Virus record (IMG/VR): IMGVR_UViG_2599185230_000001
Coordinates: 32,001 to 96,000 of that record
DNA from: a virus
Lineage: Duplodnaviria; Caudoviricetes
Reading direction: 5' to 3' (one strand)
DNA: 64,000 bases
Part shown: positions 19,054 through 28,616 of the stretch, piece by piece
Layout of the letters: each line of letters opens with the position of its first letter
Numbering within the stretch: the stretch's first letter is position 1
Program-made: the position numbers and the translations under genes
The notes under the pieces: model-generated
The model's database searches: none
Told to the model about the DNA's origin: nothing
What the model saw: only the letters and a program-made list of their open reading frames with translations

Positions 19054-19563
19054 ATAAGACACCTCCCTATAACAAAAATAGCCACAAACCTTCGAAAAGG
19101 TTGGTGGCATCCAATTTTTAACAACCACTTTTATTACGCTGTATTACGCCGCCCCTTCCGGGGCCTGGCTAAAACATTCGCATGTACCTTCTTCTTCTTC
19201 TGCCGGCTTGAGTGCCCTGGGTCTTAGCCTGCGGATGAGAATTCATTCTTCAATTTCACTTTGCTGGTAACTACATGCTTCAGGTGCTATGATTTTTAAT
19301 TAGGGACGTTAACAATTATACTTTATTTTTTTGAGCAACGTTGACCCAAATTTATTTTTTATCATTCGAAAGTTGAAACCGGTGTAGATTTATTTATACA
19401 CGTTGTTTATGGAATAGTTTCTGCTTATTTTGGTAAAAAATAAACTAATTTCAGATAAGGTAAACAGTATAATTATTTAGATTAGATGTAGTTTTTTTAT
19501 CATTTTTTTATTACTATTAAAGTTAATGCTACCATGCCTTAACAGCCGGGGGGATAACCAACT

Positions 19564-20016
19564 TTGGATAAAAAAAAGCTGGTCCATAAGCTTAAGGAGT
19601 TTTCAGCATTGGAAGCTTATCAGGTAAAACTTTACCAATCTCAAATACAAGCACTTGAAGATCCACATATCAAGCATGTATATGAAAGATTTGTTGTTCG
19701 GGAAAAAGAACACCGAGACTTTATAACACAACAGCTTGAAAACCTTGGCGTAGGTATCAATTTGGCGGGTCCGTCTTTTACGCTTGCCGGTATTGTTTCT
19801 GGAAAGACACTAGACCTCTTGAGCCTTAAAGATCGGTATAAGCTCGGTATAGCAGTCGAACATAAAGCCGTCCAGATGTATCATGAGTTTATTGAAATGA
19901 CACGCCATGATCCCGAATTGTCAGAGTTAAATAAGAAACTGGCATATTTTATGGTTGATGAAGAGCAACACGAATTCTGGTTTAAGGAACATCTTACAAG
20001 ATTGGAACATGTATAA
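19564..20016 (+). CDS. Ferritin-like (rubrerythrin-type) di-iron protein
   Basis: E...EKEH and E...EEQH pairs. Confidence 0.8.
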   Translation: MDKKKLVHKLKEFSALEAYQVKLYQSQIQALEDPHIKHVYERFVVREKEHRDFITQQLENLGVGINLAGPSFTLAGIVSGKTLDLLSLKDRYKLGIAVEHKAVQMYHEFIEMTRHDPELSELNKKLAYFMVDEEQHEFWFKEHLTRLEHV

Positions 20017-20255
20017 ACTACTTGTTTAAGAAGATTATAAATTATTAACGACAAATCTTTTTAAAATCAAAAAAGCTAATAAATCTATTTTAAAGATAAT
20101 ATTCTCTGAATCTATTGAGCCATAACCGTCGCCTCCGTGCTTAACCCTTTTTTAAATGCTTCTTTGAGCACATCCCATAATGTAAACATAAAAACACTCC
20201 AAAAGAACCAATAAGATATAACCCCTCATAAAAAAAAACCGGCGTTAACCGGTTC

Positions 20256-20420
20256 TCAAGTTTGTTTAGAAATTTTAACATCCAAATATACTCGTACATA
20301 CTCAGAATTTCTATTTTGATACTGGGTCGATTCAGATAGAATGCGATAACCTTTCTCACGAAGGCTCAGGATCATTCTTTCCACTTCTGCAGGGAGACCC
20401 TGAAGACGGATTTTTACCAT
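20256..20420 (-). CDS. Small DUF3970-like protein
   Basis: MVKIRLQGLPAEVE...NRNSEYVRVYLDV; RBS AGAGGAG. Confidence 0.6.
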   Translation of the reverse strand: MVKIRLQGLPAEVERMILSLREKGYRILSESTQYQNRNSEYVRVYLDVKISKQT

Positions 20421-20460
20421 TTCAAAAACTCCTCTATTTTCATTTAAAAAGTTAATAAAA

Positions 20461-20829
20461 CTATTGTCCATTAACAGCCTGCATAATTGCCCGGAGACCA
20501 GCATCCTGTAAGCCGCCGCCTTTGCCGCGCTTTCCTCCGCCAATCGAAACAGGTTCTTTTGCATATGTAACTTCCACGTTATATTCACGTAATTTGTTCT
20601 TCTGGCGGTTACGCCTTTGTCGGCGCTGGCATTTGCGCTTATTCAACCAACCTTCTATACCGCCAATTTCATATAACCTACTGTAACTCATGTCAAGTAC
20701 GTGAGCTAAAGCCCTTACTCCATCATGCCCACAGTTTTTCATCATGAATCTAACCATAATGGTTCTCATTTCAGGCTCAAATTTCCATGCTGTTTGAATT
20801 TCAGATTTAGTACCTAATATCTCAGTCAA
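20461..20829 (-). CDS. Hypothetical basic protein, possible HTH
   Basis: TTG after GGGAGGG; VRALAHVLDMSYSRLYE. Confidence 0.45.
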   Translation of the reverse strand: MTEILGTKSEIQTAWKFEPEMRTIMVRFMMKNCGHDGVRALAHVLDMSYSRLYEIGGIEGWLNKRKCQRRQRRNRQKNKLREYNVEVTYAKEPVSIGGGKRGKGGGLQDAGLRAIMQAVNGQ

Positions 20830-21259
20830 TACCATCCCTCCCGTATAATGCCTTTTTACTACGCACTCTCCAAGGGGCCGGCATGACAATCCGACCCCGT
20901 ACGACAGCGCATAATAACGCTGTTTTTTATGAATAAACATGATTGCGCTATAACAGCGGCGATATCCTTTGACCCTTTACGGGGAGCTCGTCAAGCCCCG
21001 TTGCCGATATACGGTGGGGGAGCTCTTAGCATCTATGCGCCTGGTTATTAATTCACGTGGTATTTGATAACACATAATTTAGATCCGCATAAATTTATCT
21101 ATTCTCAAACCTCCGCGAAAAATAAACCATTTGCTTCGCCGTTCATTCCCGGCTCTCTTTGCCGATATCTGCCAAAACTATTATTATCAATCATCTTCCC
21201 GCCAGGCAACGGTTTTTCAACCAGTAACGTGACGGGGTTCTAATGCAATTGTCAGGGAT

Positions 21260-21447
21260 CAAACCGGCTTGCGGCCACCGGTAAACTGCTCCCGGTTACC
21301 GGATGGGAGCTTCCTGTTTTTATTTATGTAAATTACACATGATGTTTACAGGCATAACATCGGACGGTTCACGCCCTACTGCCGATTTTGACGGCACGCC
21401 TTCGGGCAGTTTGTCGCTGCCCGGGGGCCTACTGTCAAGATAGGCTA
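21260..21447. other. Run of about 8 consecutive hairpins in non-coding DNA
   Basis: Stems include GCCTA/TAGGC, CGGGCAG/CTGCCCG, TGCCG/CGGCA, GATGTT/AACATC, GCTCCC/GGGAGC, ACCGG/CCGGT. Confidence 0.6.
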
Positions 21448-21515
21448 TTAATTTCCTCCCCCCTACCCCCCCCGCCAAGCATCAATAGACTATACCGCAT
21501 TTGATAAATTCAATA

Positions 21516-22060
21516 CTAATTCCCTGAGATCATGGAACGCTTTTTCCAACCTGCTACTGTAACCGGGTTCACTTCCAGTTCACTTGCTACTTGCCTTAGT
21601 GATTTCCCCTCCGCCCGCATTTCCAATGCCTTTTCCCTGATTTCTTCCCTGGCTTCTTCACGCTGTGCCTCCAGGTCTGATACCCAGTTTTGCACCGTCT
21701 GCCGGGTCACTCCCATAACATTCGCTATCTCTCTGTCACCGGCCTGGTCCCGTACCACCGCCTGACCAGTTCTCTCATCTCACCCCTAGTTAGTGGTTTG
21801 CCGTGATGCAGGTTCAATTCTACTGCCCGGGCAGCTGGGTCATCCGGATTTTCAATTATAACTTCTACGTCATCCGTACCTATTTGTATGCATGCTTCAA
21901 AACGGTGCCGTCCATCCAGGAGTCGGTTATCCCGGGTTATCACTATTGGCGGAAATTTTGCGCCAGCAGCCATGGCCTCGCGGTAGCGCTCGACTGTATC
22001 CGGATCGAAATTCGTTCTCGGGTATATGGTTTCGTCGATGGCGATATTATTTATTTTCAT
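21516..22060 (-). pseudogene. ParB-N + HTH protein split by a frameshift
   Basis: FPPIVI...LLDGRHR in ORF 1; HTHs in ORF 2; 2-nt excess in an AG repeat at about 21730. Confidence 0.8.
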
Positions 22061-22100
22061 ATGTATTCACTTCGCAATATAGGAAAATTAATGGCATCTT

Positions 22101-22343
22101 TTAGATAGGTGCTTGCTCTACACGAGAGTTAACCTCATGATCTTTCTTATCCCTGGTATTATTTAAAAGGGAAATATCACGAATAACAGCCTCTGCAATT
22201 AGTCGCTTCATCATCTGGTAACCCTGGTTTATGGCCAACTGATCTCGATCCTTAGGGGGTACTTGATAAGTTTTGATTTTTATTGATTCGCAACGCGATT
22301 TACGTGCCACAGGGCACCTCTCCTTATTGCGCATTTTAAACAA
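22101..22343 (-). CDS. Hypothetical protein
   Basis: Co-oriented ORF; start uncertain. Confidence 0.4.
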   Translation of the reverse strand: MFKMRNKERCPVARKSRCESIKIKTYQVPPKDRDQLAINQGYQMMKRLIAEAVIRDISLLNNTRDKKDHEVNSRVEQAPI

Positions 22344-22453
22344 ACATTTACCCCGGGTCCGACACGCATTTACATTAATTTTTAGGTCGCCGTGGTAAGA
22401 TATAATTACGCTTGTGATTCTTAAAAAGCTGGATATTTTACTTAGCTACTAAA

Positions 22454-22660
22454 CTAATCAATTGATTTGTTGATTTGCTTCATTATTATGGCCCTGGCTA
22501 ATCGACCTGCCCAAGGTACCGCACAATCGTCTCCTATCCACCAGCGGCACCTGCTTTGTTTACATGGCTGGTCTATTGGCATTAACCCAGCAGTGTTATC
22601 TTTAAGGTAAGCAGTTAATACCGGACAAATTTTGGCATGGCGATCTTTTTTAGGTTCCAT
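22454..22660 (-). CDS. Cys-rich small phage protein
   Basis: KICPVL...CKQSRCRWWIGDDCAV; RBS AAAAGGAG. Confidence 0.65.
   Translation of the reverse strand: MEPKKDRHAKICPVLTAYLKDNTAGLMPIDQPCKQSRCRWWIGDDCAVPWAGRLARAIIMKQINKSID
22573..22660. repeat. 88-bp direct repeat, copy 1
   Basis: 84/88 identical to 23674-23761 by manual alignment. Confidence 0.9.
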
Positions 22661-22677
22661 TGTTAAGCTCCTTTTAG

Positions 22678-22893
22678 TTAACTGGCTTGCTCTTCGAGAA
22701 GGTCGGTAAGCTTTACACCAAGAGTAGCTGCCAGTTTCACCGCTTCATTTATATCAGGCAATAGTTTACCAGTTTCCCAATCCGAAATAGTTGTTTGTGG
22801 CTTGTTAACTAACCGGCCTAATTCCAGTTGCGACAGCTTCTGTTTTTTACGAAAGTATCTGAGCTGAGCTCCAAACACTTCATCCACCTCCAT
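22678..22893 (-). CDS. Cro-like XRE regulator (switch 1)
   Basis: LSQLELGRLVNKPQTTISDWETG. Confidence 0.9.
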   Translation of the reverse strand: MEVDEVFGAQLRYFRKKQKLSQLELGRLVNKPQTTISDWETGKLLPDINEAVKLAATLGVKLTDLLEEQAS

Positions 22894-22904
22894 TTAACAT
22901 GTTA

Positions 22905-22990
22905 AACGATATTTCGTTATAGTCAACGAAAAACCGTTAACTGCACCTAAAAAAACTAATGTAAAATAGTTTAAATAACGATATTCCGTT
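22905..22990. promoter_or_regulatory. Three AACGA-N5-CGTT operators
   Basis: 22905 AACGATATTTCGTT; 22925 AACGAAAAACCGTT; 22977 AACGATATTCCGTT. Confidence 0.75.
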
Positions 22991-23006
22991 AAAAGGAAAA
23001 TTTGCC

Positions 23007-23348
23007 ATGGATATTAATGAACACATTATCAAGCTTCGGAAAGAAAAAGGTTATAGCACAACCAGACTTGCCAAACTGGCTGGCATCGCACAATCAACAT
23101 TACGTGAAATCGAACTTGGTAATACTTCACCAACGTTTGATACTATAAGAAAAATTAGTATTGCATTGGGGGTACCCCCGTTTGTTTTTGCTATAGATCC
23201 CGATTTTCAACCACCTGAGTTATCAGAGTTTTTGCTTGCGGGAACCTCTCTTGAGTTTCGTCGCATAGTATTGAAGTTAAAACAATTGCCACCAGACAAG
23301 CTTAAAATTCTCGAATCAGTTTTAGATACATGGGTTGAATCTAACTAA
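23007..23348 (+). CDS. cI-like XRE repressor (switch 1)
   Basis: YSTTRLAKLAGIAQSTLREIELGNTSPT. Confidence 0.9.
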   Translation: MDINEHIIKLRKEKGYSTTRLAKLAGIAQSTLREIELGNTSPTFDTIRKISIALGVPPFVFAIDPDFQPPELSEFLLAGTSLEFRRIVLKLKQLPPDKLKILESVLDTWVESN

Positions 23349-23383
23349 ATCCTCACCGCCACTAAACCGAAAGGAGAGCAACC

Positions 23384-23671
23384 ATGACTAATGAAGAATT
23401 CCAAACATTAGTACTCCAACACTTTCAAAAGGTTTATGAGAAATTAGATTCCGTTGATAAACGCCAAATTAAATTAGAAAATGTAGTTACTCGCATAGAA
23501 ACCGACCACGGCGAAAAACTTAGTATCCTTTTAGACGGCCATGAGCAAAAAACTCAAATACTTGACCGCCACACCGAGCAACTTGACCGCATTGAAAGTA
23601 AAATCGAAAGCCACGACATCCAAATTTCCGTGCTGGATAAAACCAAAGCTAATAAGCGTAAAGCAAAGTAA
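23384..23671 (+). CDS. Coiled-coil hypothetical protein
   Basis: RBS AAAGGAG; heptad pattern. Confidence 0.7.
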   Translation: MTNEEFQTLVLQHFQKVYEKLDSVDKRQIKLENVVTRIETDHGEKLSILLDGHEQKTQILDRHTEQLDRIESKIESHDIQISVLDKTKANKRKAK

Positions 23672-23673
23672 TC

Positions 23674-23761
23674 CTATTGGCATTAACCCGGCAGTGTTGT
23701 CTTTAAGATAAGCAGTTAATACCGGACAAATTTTGGCGTGGCGATCTTTTTTAGGTTCCAT
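23674..23761 (-). pseudogene. 88-bp repeat copy 2: truncated 5' end of the 22454-22660 gene
   Basis: Same first 29 aa (MEPKKDRHAKICPVL...GLMPI), then homology stops. Confidence 0.85.
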
Positions 23762-23764
23762 GGG

Positions 23765-24031
23765 TTAGCTTCCTTCAGTGCCTGTATGTCTTTTACCACC
23801 ACTACATACATGTAATGGTTTATCCAAAAAAATATATTCATTATAGTCAAGTCCATTTTTCTTGCAAAATTTCATAAACCTTCCTAGAAATTTAGGACCT
23901 GCTACACTTTTGGTATTCAATACCCTATGTAATTGAGCAACGTCAACTTCAAGCTGACGGGCAAACTCATGATAATTACCTTCAGCATGTATAGACATCA
24001 ATTTTTTCACTTTTTCTTTATTTAAAAACAT
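23765..24031 (-). CDS. Cro-like HTH regulator (switch 2)
   Basis: NYHEFARQLEVDVAQLHRVLN; RBS GGAGGTG. Confidence 0.8.
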   Translation of the reverse strand: MFLNKEKVKKLMSIHAEGNYHEFARQLEVDVAQLHRVLNTKSVAGPKFLGRFMKFCKKNGLDYNEYIFLDKPLHVCSGGKRHTGTEGS

Positions 24032-24047
24032 TATTACACCTCCAGGT

Positions 24048-24150
24048 ATTACATGTAATCAACATTGATTACATGTAATACTATAACACTGCCATTACAT
24101 GCAGTCAATGGATTTTTTAAAAAAAGTTGGTCATTGATTGCAATCAATGA
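24048..24150. promoter_or_regulatory. Operators of switch 2
   Basis: ATTACATGTAAT at 24048 and 24068, variant at 24094; perfect 20-bp palindrome TCATTGATTGCAATCAATGA at 24131. Confidence 0.75.
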
Positions 24151-24199
24151 TTTTGTTATATAATATGTACTATAGGTAAAAGGAGTAGGAGATATCTAT

Positions 24200-24589
24200 A
24201 TGTTTGATAAACAAAAATTTGCTCAATTATTAAACAGGGCACGAGGAGACAGATCAATTAATCAGTATGCTTTACATACCGGTGTTACATCAGCTCACAT
24301 ATCTAGATTATCAAGGGCTATACTAGATTCGCCACCATCTCCTCAAACAATAAAAAAATTAGCTGATAATGCATACAATGATGTCACATATAAAGATTTG
24401 ATGGCAGCTGCCGGGTACCTCGATCAAAAAGACCCTCCAAAACCAAAGGCACTTGAAGGGTTGGATATGTTTTTTTTACGAGCCGTTGGCAAACTATCTC
24501 CGGAAGGAAAAAAGAAAGTTTATGATTACGTTGAAATGGTTGATGCCTTAGAAAAACAAAAAATAAAAGAACAAAATAAGAAAAAATAA
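24200..24589 (+). CDS. ImmR/cI-like XRE repressor (switch 2)
   Basis: RSINQYALHTGVTSAHISRL...PSPQTIKKLA...LMAAAGYL. Confidence 0.88.
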   Translation: MFDKQKFAQLLNRARGDRSINQYALHTGVTSAHISRLSRAILDSPPSPQTIKKLADNAYNDVTYKDLMAAAGYLDQKDPPKPKALEGLDMFFLRAVGKLSPEGKKKVYDYVEMVDALEKQKIKEQNKKK

Positions 24590-24659
24590 ACCACCGCAAA
24601 AATAGCGGTGGTTTTGTTGCTTTTTAAACATTCGACATTATTCAACAGGAGATGACATT

Positions 24660-25400
24660 TTGACTGAATCAAATGCTACAATAGAGGCGAGATTATTAGT
24701 CAATGCGCTCAAACCTAAATATCCTTTAGAGGTTACCTGGTTAGCCAATCAAATACTTGATAAACCTGTTATACTTGATGAGCAAGATTTCCCCATGAAT
24801 ATATGTGCCATGATTTTGGACAAGCCCATATATACCTCTGTACATATTTGTGTAAACCTTAATAGGCCTCACACAAGCCGGCGTTTTGGCGTGATACATG
24901 AATTAGCGCACCTATACCTGGGCCACAAAGGGAATATTAGTTTTATTGAAGAAGAGGAAGACCCTGTCCTTCACACAGAAGCCGATGACTTTTCAACCGA
25001 AATGCTTACACCTAAACATAGTATACTTATGCTAGCCCATAGATACCATGAGCCAATGGTCCTAATTCATAAAATTTTACGCGGTTATGATGTTAGTCTG
25101 GAAATGACGTGCAGAAGAATTTTAGAACTTGAAATTTTTAATGGCACTTTTACTTGCTTTAATGAAAATGATACATTTTTTTCTTATAGCACTCATGGAT
25201 TTGAACTTAATACAGAAAATATTAATTACATACCCAAGATTAACAAAGGTTGCTTAATAACACGTAAAGAAACTATACACGGTGTTCCTGTCAATTGTTA
25301 TATCAAACGTTTCATTAGTGGAAATTTTTTAATAGCTTTGGTAGAAGAGAGTCCAAAACCGTTTATAGAAAAACGACCTATCTTCATCCTGCGTGCTTAG
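24660..25400 (+). CDS. ImmA/IrrE-family metallopeptidase (antirepressor)
   Basis: RRFGVIHELAHLYLGH (HExxH) and EADDFS. Confidence 0.88.
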   Translation: MTESNATIEARLLVNALKPKYPLEVTWLANQILDKPVILDEQDFPMNICAMILDKPIYTSVHICVNLNRPHTSRRFGVIHELAHLYLGHKGNISFIEEEEDPVLHTEADDFSTEMLTPKHSILMLAHRYHEPMVLIHKILRGYDVSLEMTCRRILELEIFNGTFTCFNENDTFFSYSTHGFELNTENINYIPKINKGCLITRKETIHGVPVNCYIKRFISGNFLIALVEESPKPFIEKRPIFILRA

Positions 25401-25484
25401 GTAATTAATTTTACCTTCGTAAATGGCCATAATGGCCATATTGTATTATAATTAATGTAAGAATAACATAGAGGTGATTTACCC

Positions 25485-25940
25485 ATGCCAAGCATTCCTA
25501 TTCATGAGGCGAAAAATAAACTAAGTGCTTTAAGACGTGAAGCCATAGCTGGTAGAGAATTTCTATTAGCTGATACAAAAAGAAAAGACGACCAACCAGC
25601 ATCACTCATTTCAACAGCTTTACTAGATGAACTATGTGAGAGTAAAACTTTTTCTTTCGGATGGCCTGATGAACCGGGAAAAGAAAGTGATAATTATTCG
25701 CTTTATAACCATGAAACCGGAGTATATGGTATCGGCCCCACAAAAAAGGAAGCTGTAGAAGATTTTATTGATAATATCGTGGATTATACTAATGTATATT
25801 TTAACGACCTTCCATTTTATTTAAGCATATCCGGTGGCCGTCGTGGACATTATTGGTATCTACGGCGTATTCTTCGCTGCGAAGGAAATAAAGAAAGAAT
25901 TTATCAGTTAATGGAACTAGATAAGGTGATGGTTGATTAA
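25485..25940 (+). CDS. Putative antitoxin (Phd/YefM-like N-terminus, HicB-like C-terminus)
   Basis: IHEAKNKLSALRREA; GVYGIGPTKKEAVEDFIDN; TAATG coupling to the next gene. Confidence 0.6.
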   Translation: MPSIPIHEAKNKLSALRREAIAGREFLLADTKRKDDQPASLISTALLDELCESKTFSFGWPDEPGKESDNYSLYNHETGVYGIGPTKKEAVEDFIDNIVDYTNVYFNDLPFYLSISGGRRGHYWYLRRILRCEGNKERIYQLMELDKVMVD

Positions 25941-26176
25941 TGGGGTATACCTTTACTTGGGATGACATCGAAAAAATTTGCCGCAAATTAGGGATGAAAA
26001 AACAAGGCAAAACCGCTGTTTGGAAAGGTGTAGGGCCAGATGGAATTAAGCGTACCTGTGTTATCCATGCCAAACATAAAGGTAATATAGGAAGTGGTTT
26101 AGCACAGAAGATCGCCACAAGAGAACTAGGTTTTTCCTCGGTAGAAGAAATGTATAATTTTTTAAAAGCTATCTAG
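25940..26176 (+). CDS. HicA-like toxin
   Basis: DIEKICRKLG...VIHAKHKGNIGSGLAQKI...LG dsRBD-like pattern. Confidence 0.6.
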   Translation: MGYTFTWDDIEKICRKLGMKKQGKTAVWKGVGPDGIKRTCVIHAKHKGNIGSGLAQKIATRELGFSSVEEMYNFLKAI

Positions 26177-26259
26177 AAAAATTTACATTTAAATCAAATG
26201 AGAACAAGTCCCGGTGATTAAAGATCATAAATTAAGCTAATTTTAACCGAGGTGTTAAT

Positions 26260-28051
26260 ATGACCCAGATATACAACTTCCGTAACACATACAAAGAAAA
26301 AAACAACTCTATCCGCTATGCCGTAGCCGTATTTCGAACATCAACCGAGGATCAATTCATAAGAGGTAATTCTATTACCGAGCAGAACAGCCGTATAGAT
26401 AAATGGGCTTTGAAAAACAACGTTATAATCATTGACAGGGAAGATATCGACCACTCTGCTTATCGAGGCCTGGATGAAGATCCCCGAATGTTACATTTAC
26501 TTGAAAAAGCAAAATCAGATCCACGAGTCAGTTTCTTTTTGGTTGATGAAAAAAGCAGATTTGCCAGACGTAAAGTTCTTCGCGTAATGTGGGCACATGA
26601 ACTCCGTCAGCATGGCGTTGAAGTTATTGGTGTCAGTGAACCTCACTATGACCGTAATTCCATTATGGGTGTATGGTGGGAGGGTATGAGCGAAACCAAG
26701 GACGAGGCTCGTTCCATGGAAACAGCTTACTGGACCATGCGTGGCATGTTACGCAATTTCCAGGAACGAGATCCCGAAACCGGTCATTGTTACCGTAACG
26801 GTGGACCGCCGGCATACGGCTATAAAAATGTCCATGTAACCAGAGGCAAAGACCCCAGAGGTAAAGATATCGTTAAACTTATCTGGGACATCAATGACGA
26901 GCATGCACCAATTGTCCGTTACGTTGTGCTAACTTGTTGGTTAGAAAAAAACATGACATTCAAGGCGATAAGAAACCATTTACAGTCTAATGAACCCAAA
27001 TGGGACGGACGACGTGAACCGGTTCTAAACGCTAAAAACAAACCTTGGAGTCTAACCTCTATTCGCGAGATGTGTGTTAAGGCGATGGAGGGGTATTACA
27101 ACGGGGTAGGTTACTTTAATCGCACCAGTAAGGATCTAGTTGGTACCGGCCAAAAGTGGAAAGATACAGAGGAATGGCTTCGACTAGAAAATGCCCACCC
27201 TAAAATTATTACAGATGAAGAATTTGTAAAGTTAGTTAAAGTGAAAGGTTTAAAAATGGAGCAAAGAAAAAAATCCGGGTTCATACCTCCTCGGGCAGAA
27301 AACAGTCGATATTTATTTACAGGAAAAAATCTAATCGGTGAGAATATGTTTACCTGCCTTCGCTGCGGCGGTCCGATGAAAGGTTCACCGTCAGGAGGTT
27401 ATTTGTACTATATATGTTCAAATAGGGATAATCAAGCTGTGATAATAATGCTCACTTAGCACAGGATGAAATCGAAAAAGTTGTTATTGATTACATTAAG
27501 GGAATGTTTTCGCCAGCAATGCTGGACGAAATAGTAAAAGAGGCAGAGAGAATTCTGGGACAGGAAAATAGCGACCAAGACGGGGCTATAAAACACTTGG
27601 AGAAATCTATTCAAGAAAAACAGCAGGCTATCAGTAACCTTCTTGAGCGTTAAAATTCGCCAAGGACCGTTCTATTATGCCTACACTAACAGCTGAACTT
27701 GACAAACTACAACAGGAAAAATCAGCTTTATTAAGCGATTTGGAAGAAATCAAATTGGACAAGCCAAAGTCTGTAATAATTGATTAGGCAGCTATAATTA
27801 AAAAAATAAATTATCTTGAAACGGTTTTGCGAAGTGATAAAGTCAGTAATCGCGATAAAAAAATAGCTGTTAAGGGCTTTGTAAAACAGCTTCAATATGA
27901 CCCAGTAGAAAATATGCTTCATATATATTTCTGGCCTTCACCGGTGGACCAGGCCAGCCCGATGGTTACCGAGGCGCTAAAAAGCAGAAAAGCCGGAGAT
28001 AACAGCTCTCCGACTTTCCCGGCTTTAGGTGGAGGCGACACCCGGATTTGA
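26260..28051 (+). pseudogene. Large serine recombinase with two frameshifts and an in-frame stop
   Basis: FRTSTEDQ, SRFAR, GGPPAYGY, HPKII, CLRCG; fourth Zn Cys in another frame near 27437; second shift near 27650; TAG near 27785. Confidence 0.88.
27988..28017 (-). terminator. Terminator downstream of the tRNA
   Basis: AAAGTCGGAGA-GCTGTTA-TCTCCGGCTTTT. Confidence 0.6.
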
Positions 28052-28104
28052 ACCGGGGGATGAAGGATTTGCAGTCCTCTGCCTTACCACTTGGCTATGT
28101 CGCC
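28030..28104 (-). tRNA. tRNA-Cys (GCA)
   Basis: GGCGACATAGCCAAGTGGTAAGGCAGAGGACTGCAAATCCTTCATCCCCCGGTTCAAATCCGGGTGTCGCCTCCA cloverleaf with encoded CCA. Confidence 0.97.
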
Positions 28105-28545
28105 TTGGGAAAGACCTCCCCAAAAACGCAACCCCGCATCTGGTGCGGCCTAAACCTTCTATCCAGATATTAACAAACTAATAATTTTATTAACTTTTGG
28201 CCTGAGTCCCCTGCCGCTATTTCGAAAATCCTCTGCCGCTGGCTAAAGTCCTCCGTCGTCATTATAACTCCATAATATTTCTAAAGCCACTCCTTATGGC
28301 AACTACTCCAAAAACTCCTTTGCCATGCAATGTTGGAAATGGTTCGAATATACGTTAATCTTTGGGAAACAGATTTGCAGGCAATGCATATGCAGTTTAA
28401 CCCGGTGGACAGGCTTTTAAACAATTAATTAAAACGGGGGTATTAAGCTCCCTTTTATTCCCCTCAGCTATCTTATTTTAATAAACACAATATTGTTAAA
28501 TACCCCGTTCCCTTTATACTTGTTATTTAAACATAACTAAACACA

Positions 28546-28582
28546 GAGAAGCGGTATACTTGTTCAGTACGCACCGCTTCTC
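28546..28582. terminator. Hairpin downstream of the ATPase gene
   Basis: GAGAAGCGGT...ACCGCTTCTC. Confidence 0.55.
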
Positions 28583-28616
28583 CCTCCGAACTGATTCCTT
28601 CTCTAATTTAATTTAA

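Larger units (their letters stand above)
14552..28030. mobile_element. Decayed integrative element or prophage remnant at tRNA-Cys, interrupted by the Mu-like phage
   Basis: Serine recombinase pseudogene abutting the tRNA 3' end; ImmR/ImmA-like genes; cro/cI pairs; methyltransferase; several frameshifts. Confidence 0.75.

Noticed and set aside
19140-19280. Possible c-di-GMP riboswitch upstream of the Spo0E-like gene
   Set aside because: Core GGCAAA/GAAA/GACGCAAAG elements are not properly matched
20128-20136. GTCGCCTCC matches the tRNA-Cys 3' end (possible att duplicate)
   Set aside because: Only 9 bp and in inverted orientation; it reads as an RBS (GGAGG) on the minus strand
27780-27790. 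In-frame TAG as pyrrolysine read-through
   Set aside because: The same gene also has two frameshifts; decay is the simpler explanation
28432-28509. Imperfect inverted repeat AACGGGGGTATTAA...TTAAATACCCCGTT
   Set aside because: Single copy with no target duplication; cannot be called a MITE or att site
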